Virus record (IMG/VR): IMGVR_UViG_3300021087_000002
Strand: one strand, 5' to 3'
From: an uncultured virus (IMG/VR IMGVR_UViG_3300021087_000002)
Lineage: Duplodnaviria; Heunggongvirae; Uroviricota; Caudoviricetes
Length of the DNA: 64,000 nt
Both the position numbers and the translations under genes were made by a program. The notes beneath the pieces are model-generated. The model saw only the letters and a list, made by a program, of their open reading frames with translations, did not search any database and had not been told where the DNA came from. Shown in pieces: positions 20,183-29,367 of the stretch. Position 1 is the stretch's first letter. The number at the start of each line of letters is the position of its first letter.

Positions 20183-20502
20183 TGATATACAACGACGAAT
20201 TCAAGAAGGAAATTCCAGAAGAGAACGTTGATTACGAGATGGTACCAGGAGAAGATGAATCTTGGGCTATCCGTATCAAGACTGGACACTTTACTGAAAC
20301 AGTGTTTGCTTTTGGTCAACTTAAGGTGAGTGGGGAAGGTGAAGATCCTAAGATGTCATTTGATTTTGATATCATCTCTTCACCAGATCCAGATCTTAAA
20401 CCCGAAAATACTGCTTTACAATTGTACGTAGGTGATGTATTATCGGCGGTATTAATCAATTCTATAAATGACGAATCAGTAGAGACAAGGGAATCAAAAT
20501 GA
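20182..20502 (+). CDS. Hypothetical protein, possibly gp40-like head vertex chaperone
   Basis: Size and position between uvsX and gp41 as in T4. Confidence 0.5.
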   Translation: MIYNDEFKKEIPEENVDYEMVPGEDESWAIRIKTGHFTETVFAFGQLKVSGEGEDPKMSFDFDIISSPDPDLKPENTALQLYVGDVLSAVLINSINDESVETRESK

Positions 20503-21869
20503 ATATTGAACAGGTAATCTTACGCAATTTACTAGTTGATGATAGCTTTATGCGAAAGGTTATGCCGTTTGTTAAGCCCGAATACTTTGAGGGTGTATAC
20601 AGCCGACTGTTTAAAGAAGTGTGTAAGTTTGTTGGTAAGTACAACAGACTTCCCACACTCGAATCATTCAAGATCGAATTGGATGAAGCTACTGCAATGC
20701 CTGATGACATATACAATCAGGCTCTTGAGATCCTTCCAGAGATCTTCACGGCAGAAGAGATTGATCAAGAGTGGTTAGTAGATAAGACTGAGAAGTGGTG
20801 TCAAGATCGTGCCGTGTTTAACGCAATCATGGAAGGTATTAGTATCATTGATGGTAAGCATCAGTCTTTGACTAAGAATGCTTTACCTGATCTTTTATCA
20901 GATGCTCTAAGTGTTAGCTTTGATACTAACATTGGTCACGACTATATCGAAGACTTCTCTAAACGTTATGACTTCTATCAAGCTGATGAAGAGAAGATGC
21001 CTTTTGACATTGATATGTTAAATACAATAACCAAAGGTGGTATTCCTAACAAGTCTTTGAACGTTATTCTTGCAGGTACTGGTGTTGGTAAATCTCTTGC
21101 CATGTGTCACTTTGCAGGTTCGTTTCTAGAACAAGGTAAAAATGTCTTATACATATCAATGGAAATGGCAGAAGAACGTGTCGCAGAACGTGTAGACTCT
21201 AATATCCTAGACGTTCCTATCGCACAGTTAGAAACCATGTCTAAAGATGCATTCAGTGAGAAGATTGCTCGACTTAAGAAGAATACAACTGGTAAGTTAA
21301 TCGTAAAAGAATACCCTACAGGATCTGCACACTCAGGTCACTTTAGAGCATTACTAAACGAATTGAAACTAAAGAAGAAGTTTAAGCCAGATATTATCTT
21401 TGTTGACTATATCAATATCTGTGCATCTTCACGTATGAAAGCAATGGGGGGATCTATCAATTCTTACACATACATTAAAGCGATTGCTGAAGAGCTACGT
21501 GGATTGGCGATGGAATTTCATATCCCGGTCTTCACTGCAACGCAAACGACACGTTCTGGTTTTAGTAACTCGGACATTGGGCTTGAAGACACGAGTGAGT
21601 CTTTTGGATTACCCGCTACGGCAGACTTAATGGTTGCACTGATCTCGACTGAAGAGCTAGAGGCTCAAGGTCAAGTTATGGTAAAGCAACTAAAGAACAG
21701 ATACAATGATGTTAACTCAAATAAGAGATTTGTTATCGGAATAGATAGAGCTAGAATGCGTCTAATGGATGCTGAAGGTGATCCGACAGCAGGTCTTATG
21801 AAAGAAGATGTTCCTGTATTTGATCAATCAAAAGCGCAAGAGAAATATAGCAACTTTACAATGGAGTAA
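20499..21869 (+). CDS. gp41: Replicative helicase gp41 (DnaB-like)
   Basis: AGTGVGKS, FVDYINIC, ATQTTRSG, SESFGLP, QLKNRY. Confidence 0.96.
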   Translation: MNIEQVILRNLLVDDSFMRKVMPFVKPEYFEGVYSRLFKEVCKFVGKYNRLPTLESFKIELDEATAMPDDIYNQALEILPEIFTAEEIDQEWLVDKTEKWCQDRAVFNAIMEGISIIDGKHQSLTKNALPDLLSDALSVSFDTNIGHDYIEDFSKRYDFYQADEEKMPFDIDMLNTITKGGIPNKSLNVILAGTGVGKSLAMCHFAGSFLEQGKNVLYISMEMAEERVAERVDSNILDVPIAQLETMSKDAFSEKIARLKKNTTGKLIVKEYPTGSAHSGHFRALLNELKLKKKFKPDIIFVDYINICASSRMKAMGGSINSYTYIKAIAEELRGLAMEFHIPVFTATQTTRSGFSNSDIGLEDTSESFGLPATADLMVALISTEELEAQGQVMVKQLKNRYNDVNSNKRFVIGIDRARMRLMDAEGDPTAGLMKEDVPVFDQSKAQEKYSNFTME

Positions 21870-21872
21870 GCC

Positions 21873-22535
21873 ATGAAAGTATGGACAGTAGTTAAACCAC
21901 AATCTTCTATTATGGAATTAGAAGATGCACAAGATATCATCAGTTATTGTGCTAGGGTATCTAACCCTGCAAATGAAATGAATACAAAGACTGCCGATAA
22001 GCTAATTAGATATTTGGTTAAGCATAAGCATTGGTCACCTTTGGAAATGGTTTCATGTACACTTGGTATCGAAACAACTCGTGACATTGCACGTCAACTT
22101 CTAAGGCATCGATCAATGTCATTTCAAGAGTTTAGTCAACGATATGCTGATCCACAAGATATGGAAAATGCATTTGTTCTTCGTGAAGCACGTCTTCAAG
22201 ATCCTAAGAACAGACAAAACTCTATTCCAAATGCCGATAGAGAACTTGCTAGAGCATGGAGAATGAAACAGGATCAAATCATTCACGAAGCTAAATTGGC
22301 ATACAATTGGGCAGTCTCTAACGGTATTGCCAAAGAACAAGCGAGATCTGTCCTACCCGAAGGAAATACTGTATCTCGTCTATTTGCAAACGCTACTTTG
22401 CGGTCATGGATACACTATATAGAATTGAGGTCTGGTAATGGAACTCAGCTAGAACATATGGAACTAGCTCGTGCCATTGCGGTAGAGATCGCATCAATCT
22501 TTCCAATGACAAAGGAGTTCGTAGCTGATGGGTAG
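21873..22535 (+). CDS. thyX: Flavin-dependent thymidylate synthase
   Basis: HWSPLE, RQLLRHRSMSFQEFSQRY, EQARSVLP. Confidence 0.95.
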   Translation: MKVWTVVKPQSSIMELEDAQDIISYCARVSNPANEMNTKTADKLIRYLVKHKHWSPLEMVSCTLGIETTRDIARQLLRHRSMSFQEFSQRYADPQDMENAFVLREARLQDPKNRQNSIPNADRELARAWRMKQDQIIHEAKLAYNWAVSNGIAKEQARSVLPEGNTVSRLFANATLRSWIHYIELRSGNGTQLEHMELARAIAVEIASIFPMTKEFVADG

Positions 22536-22746
22536 AAAACTTAACACCTACCATGCCGAAAGTGGCAAGGGTAAATGTGAAGTACATTTCGACTATAAAG
22601 AAGAAAGGGCATATATCAAATATTTCGATAACAATAATAAGATGTTTTTTAGGGAAGACTTTCCTGATAACTCTATAGGTTATGTTGAAGATGCCGCAGA
22701 GAATTGGTCATTAGGTATTAAGAAATTAGAAAAAGATTACCATTGA
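22528..22746 (+). CDS. Hypothetical protein
   Basis: Coupled ORF with SD; EDAAENW motif. Confidence 0.7.
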   Translation: MGRKLNTYHAESGKGKCEVHFDYKEERAYIKYFDNNNKMFFREDFPDNSIGYVEDAAENWSLGIKKLEKDYH

Positions 22747-22771
22747 CAACCCACACAGAATGATGTATATT
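22743..22771 (+). promoter_or_regulatory. sigma70 promoter
   Basis: TTGACA-17-TATATT. Confidence 0.7.
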
Positions 22772-22788
22772 AAGAGAATATAAATGAC

Positions 22789-23265
22789 ATGAAGCGAATC
22801 ACTATGAAGAACTTTCTATCTGGAACTCTTACGTTATCTTTAATTATCATGCTTGGTGCATGTATAAGCATTGTAACTAAAGACTATGCAGAAGCTAAGA
22901 ACTGTTTAGCTATGAATATATACCACGAAGCACGTAATCAATCTGTTGATGGTCAGAGGGCTGTTGCCTTTGTGACTATGAATAGATTAGATAGTGGTAT
23001 CTATGGAGAAACTGTATGTGATGTGGTGTATGCCCCAAAACAATTCAGTTGGACATGGACGCTTTCAGATCCTTCACCTAGAGATTTAGGTGCATATCAA
23101 ATGGCTACAAATGTGGCAATCGATGTACTAAAAGAGCGTATTGAAGATAACACCAACGGTGCAGATCACTACCACGCTGACTATGTAGAACCATATTGGG
23201 CTACACCAGAGTACATGATTAAAACAGCTACTATCGGCAATCACATCTTTTACAAAGCGAAATAA
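22789..23265 (+). CDS. Cell wall hydrolase (SleB/Hydrolase_2)
   Basis: N-terminal TM, CLAMNIYHEAR, QFSW, GADHYHA, IGNHIFY. Confidence 0.9.
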   Translation: MKRITMKNFLSGTLTLSLIIMLGACISIVTKDYAEAKNCLAMNIYHEARNQSVDGQRAVAFVTMNRLDSGIYGETVCDVVYAPKQFSWTWTLSDPSPRDLGAYQMATNVAIDVLKERIEDNTNGADHYHADYVEPYWATPEYMIKTATIGNHIFYKAK

Positions 23266-23266
23266 C

Positions 23267-23890
23267 ATGGAAACAGAAAAAGTACCAGAACTACCTAAAT
23301 TAAAACTATTGATCATTGGACATGGTCGTCATGGTAAAGATACCGTTTGTGAACTTCTTAGAGATAGGATGGGTTACACTTTTGAAAGTAGTAGCCACTT
23401 CTGTTGTAAGCAATTCATTTACGATATGCTGAAGACAAAGTATAACTATAAAGATATGGAAGAGTGCTATGCTGATAGACACAACCATCGTGCTGAATGG
23501 TATGATGCGATTTGTGAATATAACAATAAAGATGCCGCTCGACTAGGTAGACAAATGTTTGAAGAGTATGATATCTACTGTGGTCTACGTAACAAACGTG
23601 AATTCTTTGCTATGCAGAATACAGGTGTATTTGATTTCTGTATCTGGGTTGATCGCTCAGATCATCTACCAGAAGAAGCTGATAACAGTATGAGCCTAAA
23701 GCAATGGATGGCAGACTTTACTATTGATAACAATGGTGATCTTGAAGAGCTAGAGTTCAACACACGTAACTTGATGGAACAGCTACATGGTGGTGTCAGT
23801 CATTTGATGAAGATGAGTACACCACAACAGCCTAACTTTGAAGAGGGTGGGTTCGATATCGACATGATGCAGTACGCCGCTCCTGTGTGA
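23267..23890 (+). CDS. Deoxynucleoside monophosphate kinase-like P-loop protein
   Basis: GHGRHGKDT Walker A, GLR..REF, ADFTIDNNG. Confidence 0.75.
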   Translation: METEKVPELPKLKLLIIGHGRHGKDTVCELLRDRMGYTFESSSHFCCKQFIYDMLKTKYNYKDMEECYADRHNHRAEWYDAICEYNNKDAARLGRQMFEEYDIYCGLRNKREFFAMQNTGVFDFCIWVDRSDHLPEEADNSMSLKQWMADFTIDNNGDLEELEFNTRNLMEQLHGGVSHLMKMSTPQQPNFEEGGFDIDMMQYAAPV

Positions 23891-23925
23891 TAATTGCCAC
23901 ACTAATACAAAAACTTCATAAGGGG

Positions 23926-23954
23926 TTTACACTTTTAGCTCCTTATGTTACTAT
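23926..23954 (+). promoter_or_regulatory. Promoter of the tmRNA operon
   Basis: TTTACA-17-TACTAT with TG extension, just upstream of the acceptor piece. Confidence 0.7.
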
Positions 23955-23960
23955 ATAAAC

Positions 23961-24023
23961 TGTAAACGTTGAAGCAACGTGAACGCATACTGGACTTGGG
24001 GGCAGTACCCAACTGCTCCACCA
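23961..24023 (+). ncRNA. ssrA: Two-piece (permuted) tmRNA, acceptor piece (5' end approximate)
   Basis: T-arm TTGGG-GGCAGTA-CCCAA (23996-24012), acceptor strand CTGCTCC, discriminator A, CCA at 24021-24023. Confidence 0.92.
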
Positions 24024-24043
24024 TAAATTATCGGAGTTATATT

Positions 24044-24244
24044 ATGAGTGATTATAAAGATTTGATTGACACCTTTTTAAAAAACGGTGGTGAAATCAAA
24101 AAAGGTAAACCTATGAAGCGCACCAAAGGTGTTAGTGTTCAAAAAATGCAAATAGATGCCCAGACCAAAGGTGATTATAAACAGTGGCAAAAGGGTGAAG
24201 ATAGTTACGAAGAATATCAAAACTATTTAAAAAGAAAACGATAA
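24044..24244 (+). CDS. 66-aa basic protein encoded inside the tmRNA intervening segment
   Basis: SD GGAG at 24033, ATG 24044, TAA 24242-24244; MSDYKDLIDTFLKNGGEIKKGK... Confidence 0.75.
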   Translation: MSDYKDLIDTFLKNGGEIKKGKPMKRTKGVSVQKMQIDAQTKGDYKQWQKGEDSYEEYQNYLKRKR

Positions 24245-24252
24245 TTTATGAT

Positions 24253-24416
24253 GGGGCAGAACTAGGATCGACAGGTGTTGTAGTGAAGTGGAGTTTACCG
24301 GGTGACTGCGAGATTGGTCAAATCACTAAATGCAAACAATAACTTTGCACCATCTGGATTACGCCTAGCGGCATAATCACAGGGGGTTGGCGACTTACCT
24401 AGCAACAGAAAAGTCG
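24253..24416 (+). ncRNA. ssrA: Two-piece tmRNA, coding piece; tag ANNNFAPSGLRLAA* at 24332-24376 (3' end approximate)
   Basis: GGGGCAG pairs with CTGCTCC including G3.U70; GGATCGAC D-loop motif; taaat-GCA resume context; tag ends LAA; 3' pairing cgactt/aagtcg. Confidence 0.92.
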
Positions 24417-24444
24417 TATTAACAATTAACAAGGACGAATAAGA

Positions 24445-25212
24445 ATGAAAACTTTAATCTCTTCTCTAGCAATGGTTGCTACAGCAAGTGTCGTAAATGC
24501 GGCAGATCTTGCAGTAGATGTTGATATTGACATCACAGAAAACACGGCGGGAAAATACACTGCCGCTAAATCAGTAGCACTAGATGTAACTGCCGTAGGC
24601 GATGCCTTTGGTTCAGTTGAAGTAGTTGCTGGATCAGATAACTCACTAAGCATTGGTGACTGGCATGTAGGTACAGCACTTGGCGCAACAAGCGTATCTT
24701 TTGGTAAGCAAGGAAACCTTTTTGTGGAAGGTGAAGCTTCTGCGGCAAACAGCCCACTAGCTAACCCATCAATGGGAACTTCAGCACAAATCGCTATCTC
24801 AGGTGCAAGTGTAGGTCTTTCTTTCACAGACATTGGCACAGATGTAACAGACGTTGCAAGTGTACAAGGTGCATATGAACTTACATTAGGTGGGGTTACA
24901 GCACAAACTTCTGCCGATTATAACATCGATACTAAAGAAATCGCAGTTGGTGCAGGCTTAGGAATTGAAGTACGTGACCAACATGTTGACACAGTAATGA
25001 CATATGCAAATGATGTGTGGGCATACGAAGGTTCAACAACACTTCTAGGTGTTACAGGTTACTTGAATGGTGACCAAAATGACATGACACAGAATGCAGG
25101 TGCATCTTACCTACTTGGTCTTAATGATGCCGCATCTATCGAAAGTAAACTTAATTATGACTTGAACAGTGAAGTACTTTCACCTTCAGTCAACCTATCT
25201 TTCTCATTTTAA
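24445..25212 (+). CDS. Outer-membrane beta-barrel/porin-like protein
   Basis: Signal peptide, alternating amphipathic strands, C-terminal VNLSFSF (terminal Phe). Confidence 0.75.
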   Translation: MKTLISSLAMVATASVVNAADLAVDVDIDITENTAGKYTAAKSVALDVTAVGDAFGSVEVVAGSDNSLSIGDWHVGTALGATSVSFGKQGNLFVEGEASAANSPLANPSMGTSAQIAISGASVGLSFTDIGTDVTDVASVQGAYELTLGGVTAQTSADYNIDTKEIAVGAGLGIEVRDQHVDTVMTYANDVWAYEGSTTLLGVTGYLNGDQNDMTQNAGASYLLGLNDAASIESKLNYDLNSEVLSPSVNLSFSF

Positions 25213-25266
25213 TGAGATTGGTGTGATGACCTAATACATCCACATTACTTATTGTAAGGTAATATT

Positions 25267-25297
25267 AAGGGGAATCTTCGGGTTCCCCTTTCTTTTT
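25267..25297 (+). terminator. Rho-independent terminator with cUUCGg loop
   Basis: aaggggaatc-ttcg-ggttcccctt followed by T run. Confidence 0.88.
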
Positions 25298-25298
25298 G

Positions 25299-25306
25299 TA
25301 TAAATA
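25299..25306 (+). promoter_or_regulatory. gp55 late promoter TATAAATA of the curli-like module
   Basis: Exact T4 late consensus, intergenic, right after the terminator. Confidence 0.75.
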
Positions 25307-25311
25307 GGGGT

Positions 25312-25590
25312 ATGGATATATTCAATTTGATAGGTGATGTGGGAACTCCAATTGCAGGGGCAATCGCTGCTGGGATCTTTGTCTTTATATCACTTAAATT
25401 TATCCTAGCGAGTGTTACAGAATCAGTAACAACGCTTAAGAGTATAATAGGATCCTTAGATAATAGGGTTCAAACAATGAACAATGATCTAGTAAAGATC
25501 GATGCCTTACTTAGTTATGCTTTGAATGTTAAACCTAACATAGACCGTATAGCGGCTAACGAAGGTAAAGATGATGCAAGGAGAGACTAA
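25312..25590 (+). CDS. Single-TM coiled-coil protein (paralog of 25957)
   Basis: GTPIAGAIAAG TM; LDNRVQTMNNDLVKID resembles LVDRVRMLDNDMIRLN. Confidence 0.75.
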   Translation: MDIFNLIGDVGTPIAGAIAAGIFVFISLKFILASVTESVTTLKSIIGSLDNRVQTMNNDLVKIDALLSYALNVKPNIDRIAANEGKDDARRD

Positions 25591-25769
25591 TGATTTGGAA
25601 AGATTTACTTCTAATGAAGTTCGAGAATGGTTTTCGCATTCTCAATAACAAAGATACTGAAGATAAGTTCTTTGTGATTGACGATGTTAGACTAAAAATT
25701 GGTGAAACATATAGGATAGGATATAATGGATATTTTGAAAGAATCGGAGAAGTCGATGATGTGGCTTGA
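25590..25769 (+). CDS. Small beta-rich protein (59 aa), not in ORF track
   Basis: MIWKDLLLMKFENGFRI...KIGETYRIGYNGYFERI; SD aggag, TAATG coupling. Confidence 0.7.
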   Translation: MIWKDLLLMKFENGFRILNNKDTEDKFFVIDDVRLKIGETYRIGYNGYFERIGEVDDVA

Positions 25770-25956
25770 TTTTAGAATACATCAAAGAGCATCAGACTTT
25801 AGAATTGAAGGAGATTGGGACGGAGAAGTGATGGGCAAGCAAAGAGATGGTACTACTAAAGATAATCATCTTTATAAGCCTGGAGACGTATTCCGTGCTG
25901 ACGAAAATGGATGGCTTGTAAAAGTGTCAACAGTTGATGGAGCGATTAGAGGATAG
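25756..25956 (+). CDS. Small beta-rich protein, probable paralog of 25590
   Basis: SD ggag; KPGDVFRADENGWLVKV aligns with KIGETYRIGYNGYFERI. Confidence 0.7.
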   Translation: MMWLDFRIHQRASDFRIEGDWDGEVMGKQRDGTTKDNHLYKPGDVFRADENGWLVKVSTVDGAIRG

Positions 25957-26304
25957 ATGGATATAGCCCAAGCCATAAAAGACTACGGCTTCCCTATTGT
26001 TGCCGCAGTTGGAATGGGCTACTTTATCTACTTTATTTGGAAGTGGGTTACGGAGACCATAGATCCAGTTATTGGTGAAACTATGGTTACGCTAATTAAG
26101 TTGGTAGACAGAGTACGTATGCTTGATAATGATATGATCAGACTCAACTCAAAGCTTTCTATTGTCCTAGAACATAGAGGTATGGACAAAGAGGTTGCAC
26201 AAAACCAGACCAAGAATGAGAAATTTAATACGAGTGGCGAAGAAGATGATATCAAAGAAGACCCTAAGCCTAATAGCTTTGGTGTTACTCCCAACACAAA
26301 GTAA
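25957..26304 (+). CDS. Single-TM coiled-coil protein
   Basis: YGFPIVAAVGMGYFIYFIW TM plus heptads. Confidence 0.75.
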   Translation: MDIAQAIKDYGFPIVAAVGMGYFIYFIWKWVTETIDPVIGETMVTLIKLVDRVRMLDNDMIRLNSKLSIVLEHRGMDKEVAQNQTKNEKFNTSGEEDDIKEDPKPNSFGVTPNTK

Positions 26305-26710
26305 CGCAGAATTACAGTTTACATTTAAGAACCCTGCCTTTAATGGGCAAGGATACTCTTCTCATGTATTATCCACTGAACAATTAGTGTTCAATAGGAA
26401 TAAAGATCGAAGAGATGAAATGGAAGCTGAAGCGAAACGCATTGAGCGTGAGTTAGAGAATACTACATTAAACAAATTTATTAAGAACCTTGAGAGTAGA
26501 ATATACGCAACACTGAGTAAACAGATGGTAGATTCTATGTTTGCAGAGTGTACAAGTGATGATTGTGCCACTAGCGGATCTACGGAGATTGAGGGAAGTA
26601 CGATTGAATGGTCTAAAGATTCAACTACAGGATCTATTACCCTAGTCATAACAAATGATGATGGTACTACAACGATTACTATTCCGGGATCAGGGGAGTT
26701 TAACTTCTGA
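26246..26710 (+). CDS. csgF: Curli assembly protein CsgF-like
   Basis: Signal peptide then ELQFTFKNPAFNG (CsgF N-terminal motif), FIKNLESRIYATLS, DGTTTITIP. Confidence 0.85.
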   Translation: MISKKTLSLIALVLLPTQSNAELQFTFKNPAFNGQGYSSHVLSTEQLVFNRNKDRRDEMEAEAKRIERELENTTLNKFIKNLESRIYATLSKQMVDSMFAECTSDDCATSGSTEIEGSTIEWSKDSTTGSITLVITNDDGTTTITIPGSGEFNF

Positions 26711-27504
26711 TGCGTTTTGTTTTGATTACGATTGTTTCACTTCTTATGGGGTGTGTAGACCCTAGCCAATATCCTCTTGGTGAAACTCCCAAGGTGCAAA
26801 GTTCTCCTAATTCGATTTCTGATTATGAACAGTTAGATGGAAAGAAAATGACCATTGCTGTTTATTCTTTTGCGGATAAAACTGGACAAAGGAAGCCTGG
26901 GAATTCGAGTTTAAGTAGTGCTGTTACCCAAGGTGCAGAAGTTTGGGTGATCAAGGCATTACAAGATGTTGGATCTGGAACTTGGTTTGAAACAGTTGAG
27001 AGAGTTGGTCTTGACAACTTGGTCAGAGAAAGACAGTTAGTTAGAAATACACGTGAAGTGTATGAAAAGGATTTGGCAAACGGACCCACACCACTCAAGC
27101 CTATGGTGTTCGCTGGATTAATACTTGAGGGTGGTATAGTTGGTTATGACTCAAGTGTAGCTACAGGTGGATTGGGAGCAAGGTATCTTGGTCTTGGGGT
27201 TCAGCAACAGTATAGAGTTGATACTGTAACAATTGTTATGAGATTAGTAAGTGTGAGCACTGGTAAAATATTACTAAGTGTAGCTACAGAAAAGAACATA
27301 GCAAGTCACCAAAGTGGTGCAGACGTATTCAGATTCTTTGATATGGGTACGAAACTTGTAGAAGCAGAATCTGGCTCTAGTGTGAACGAGCCAGTTAATT
27401 ATGCAGTAAGATCAGCAATAGAGGCTGGTGTGATTGAATTGATTAATGAAGGAGAAAAGAAGCAATTCTGGTCGTTTTTGGTAGACCCAAAAACAGGCGG
27501 ATAA
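26710..27504 (+). CDS. csgG: Curli secretion pore CsgG-like lipoprotein
   Basis: Lipobox LMGC; AVYSFADKTGQRKP, SSAVTQGA, VERVGLDNLVRERQLVR, NEPVNYAVRSAIE. Confidence 0.93.
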   Translation: MRFVLITIVSLLMGCVDPSQYPLGETPKVQSSPNSISDYEQLDGKKMTIAVYSFADKTGQRKPGNSSLSSAVTQGAEVWVIKALQDVGSGTWFETVERVGLDNLVRERQLVRNTREVYEKDLANGPTPLKPMVFAGLILEGGIVGYDSSVATGGLGARYLGLGVQQQYRVDTVTIVMRLVSVSTGKILLSVATEKNIASHQSGADVFRFFDMGTKLVEAESGSSVNEPVNYAVRSAIEAGVIELINEGEKKQFWSFLVDPKTGG

Positions 27505-27514
27505 AGGAAAGAAA

Positions 27515-28231
27515 ATGAGACATTTTAGAAAACTCATTATGATGAGTGCAATATTACTTGCACCCCTTACACTATACGCTAATGATATCTATATAAAACA
27601 AGTAGGTGATACACTTGACTTAGACATCGTACAAGATGGTCAAAACAACACTATTGGTACTAGTAGCCAAGACGTAGTTCTTGGTTCATCCTCTGGTGCG
27701 TCTGATGACATGACATTCAGTATAACTCAGACAGGTAACACAAACGCAATCACTGCACAAATCTTAGGTTCTACTTACACAGGTACTTGGGATATAACTG
27801 GTAGTGGAAACGAAATAGACTTGCTATGCTCTAGTAGCACAGGTGGAGATTGTGATACCGTTACACTTAACATTGATGCCGATGGCGATAACCAAGACTA
27901 TACTATTAACATAGGACAATCGGCAGATGCTGAAGGTGCAACAGTAAACTTTACAGTTGATGATAGCGGAAACGTGATAACAACAGACATTAACGGCAAA
28001 AGCGCAATCGTAACTGTAACTATTGACGAGAACTCAAGTTTAGCATCAACTAACAGTACGTTAGATATTGATGTAGCTGGCGATGGTGATATAAATGGAC
28101 ACACAATAATACTAGACATGAAAGGTCGTGATCATGCAGTTGTGGTAAACCAAAGCGGAGTATACGACAACATTGTAGACCTTCATACTAATGGTGATGA
28201 TCACCAAATCAATATTACGCAATCTGACTAA
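27515..28231 (+). CDS. Secreted curlin-like (CsgA/CsgB-like) repeat protein
   Basis: Signal peptide; repeats such as IYIKQVGD, IVQDGQNN, ITQTGNTN, VNQSG; rich in D/T/S/G/N. Confidence 0.72.
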   Translation: MRHFRKLIMMSAILLAPLTLYANDIYIKQVGDTLDLDIVQDGQNNTIGTSSQDVVLGSSSGASDDMTFSITQTGNTNAITAQILGSTYTGTWDITGSGNEIDLLCSSSTGGDCDTVTLNIDADGDNQDYTINIGQSADAEGATVNFTVDDSGNVITTDINGKSAIVTVTIDENSSLASTNSTLDIDVAGDGDINGHTIILDMKGRDHAVVVNQSGVYDNIVDLHTNGDDHQINITQSD

Positions 28232-29367
28232 TGCTTAAGTCTCTTGCTTTGTTATTTGTTTTGATAACAACCTCTGCTTATGCAAACATAGGAGAGATTG
28301 TACAGCTATCAGGAAAATCTGGTAGTGCGGCTATTGAGCGTGGTAATGATGCGATTGATACAAGTAAGGGTACTCTTATAGAATTGATGGACACGGCAAT
28401 AACTGCCAAGTCTAAAATGAGAATAGATTTTGTAGATGATACACGAGTTGATATAACAGAACATTCTCGACTAATCATTGATGACTTTGTCTATGATCCT
28501 AATACTGGAAAAGGATCACTTGGTCTTAAAGCAAGTCTTGGCACTGTACGATATGCCAGTGGACAGATTGCTAAGAACAGTAGGCAACGTGTTAGAATAC
28601 GCACACCATCAGCAACGATTGCTGTTCGTGGTACAGACTTTGCAATGGTTATAGATGAAACAGGTGGTAGTATGATTACACTACTTCCGTCTTGTGACAT
28701 TTCTGGATCTTGTTATACAGGAGAGATAACAGTAGAGACTGACGCTGGGTTTGTTATACTTAATAAAGCTTTCCAAGTTACTATAGCTTCTACTAGTACG
28801 AGTAAACCAACACCACCACTTTTGTTGGACATTGATGAAAGTATGATCAATCAACTTCTAATTCTAAGAAAGAAGAACCCATACTATGAAGAACAGACAA
28901 GGTTATTGGATGAGCAAAGAGAGAGGGCAGACTTTTTAGGACTAGACTTCTTACAATTTGATGGATTAGAATATGATGCCTTGGTTGATTCTATAGAAGG
29001 CATCTGGCTTACTGAACTTGATATGGATATAGATTACCTTCAAGACTTATTGTATGACATGCTAGATCAGTTGAATGAAGCATTAAAGAGATTGTTTAGT
29101 GATGAGCTTGCAGATCAGAATGCACTACTATTGAAACAAGAATCAAACATATATGGATACGATCCATTAACAGGAATATCACTAATAAACGAAACACCTA
29201 ATTGGGTGTTCTCTAGAAGAAATGATAGCGGAGAGAACTTCGTACAATTAAGACTAAATCAGGCATATGGTTATACCATAGATCTTCAACAAAACGATTG
29301 GGAGTTATATGACTACAGGTTGGGCGATAGCACTAACAACTCTATTGACATTTATCAGCAACGCTAG
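28231..29367 (+). CDS. FecR-domain secreted protein
   Basis: Signal peptide; FVDDTRVDITEHSRLII, GTVRYASG, IRTPSATIAVRGTDF. Confidence 0.85.
   Translation: MLKSLALLFVLITTSAYANIGEIVQLSGKSGSAAIERGNDAIDTSKGTLIELMDTAITAKSKMRIDFVDDTRVDITEHSRLIIDDFVYDPNTGKGSLGLKASLGTVRYASGQIAKNSRQRVRIRTPSATIAVRGTDFAMVIDETGGSMITLLPSCDISGSCYTGEITVETDAGFVILNKAFQVTIASTSTSKPTPPLLLDIDESMINQLLILRKKNPYYEEQTRLLDEQRERADFLGLDFLQFDGLEYDALVDSIEGIWLTELDMDIDYLQDLLYDMLDQLNEALKRLFSDELADQNALLLKQESNIYGYDPLTGISLINETPNWVFSRRNDSGENFVQLRLNQAYGYTIDLQQNDWELYDYRLGDSTNNSIDIYQQR

Noticed and set aside
23990..24023. Apparent tRNA fragment or attachment site
   Set aside because: It pairs with GGGGCAG at 24253 as the permuted tmRNA; no integrase or duplicate copy is present
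23969..24043. ORF-track N-terminal extension (TTG start) of the 91-aa ORF
   Set aside because: It overlaps the tmRNA acceptor piece; the SD supports ATG 24044
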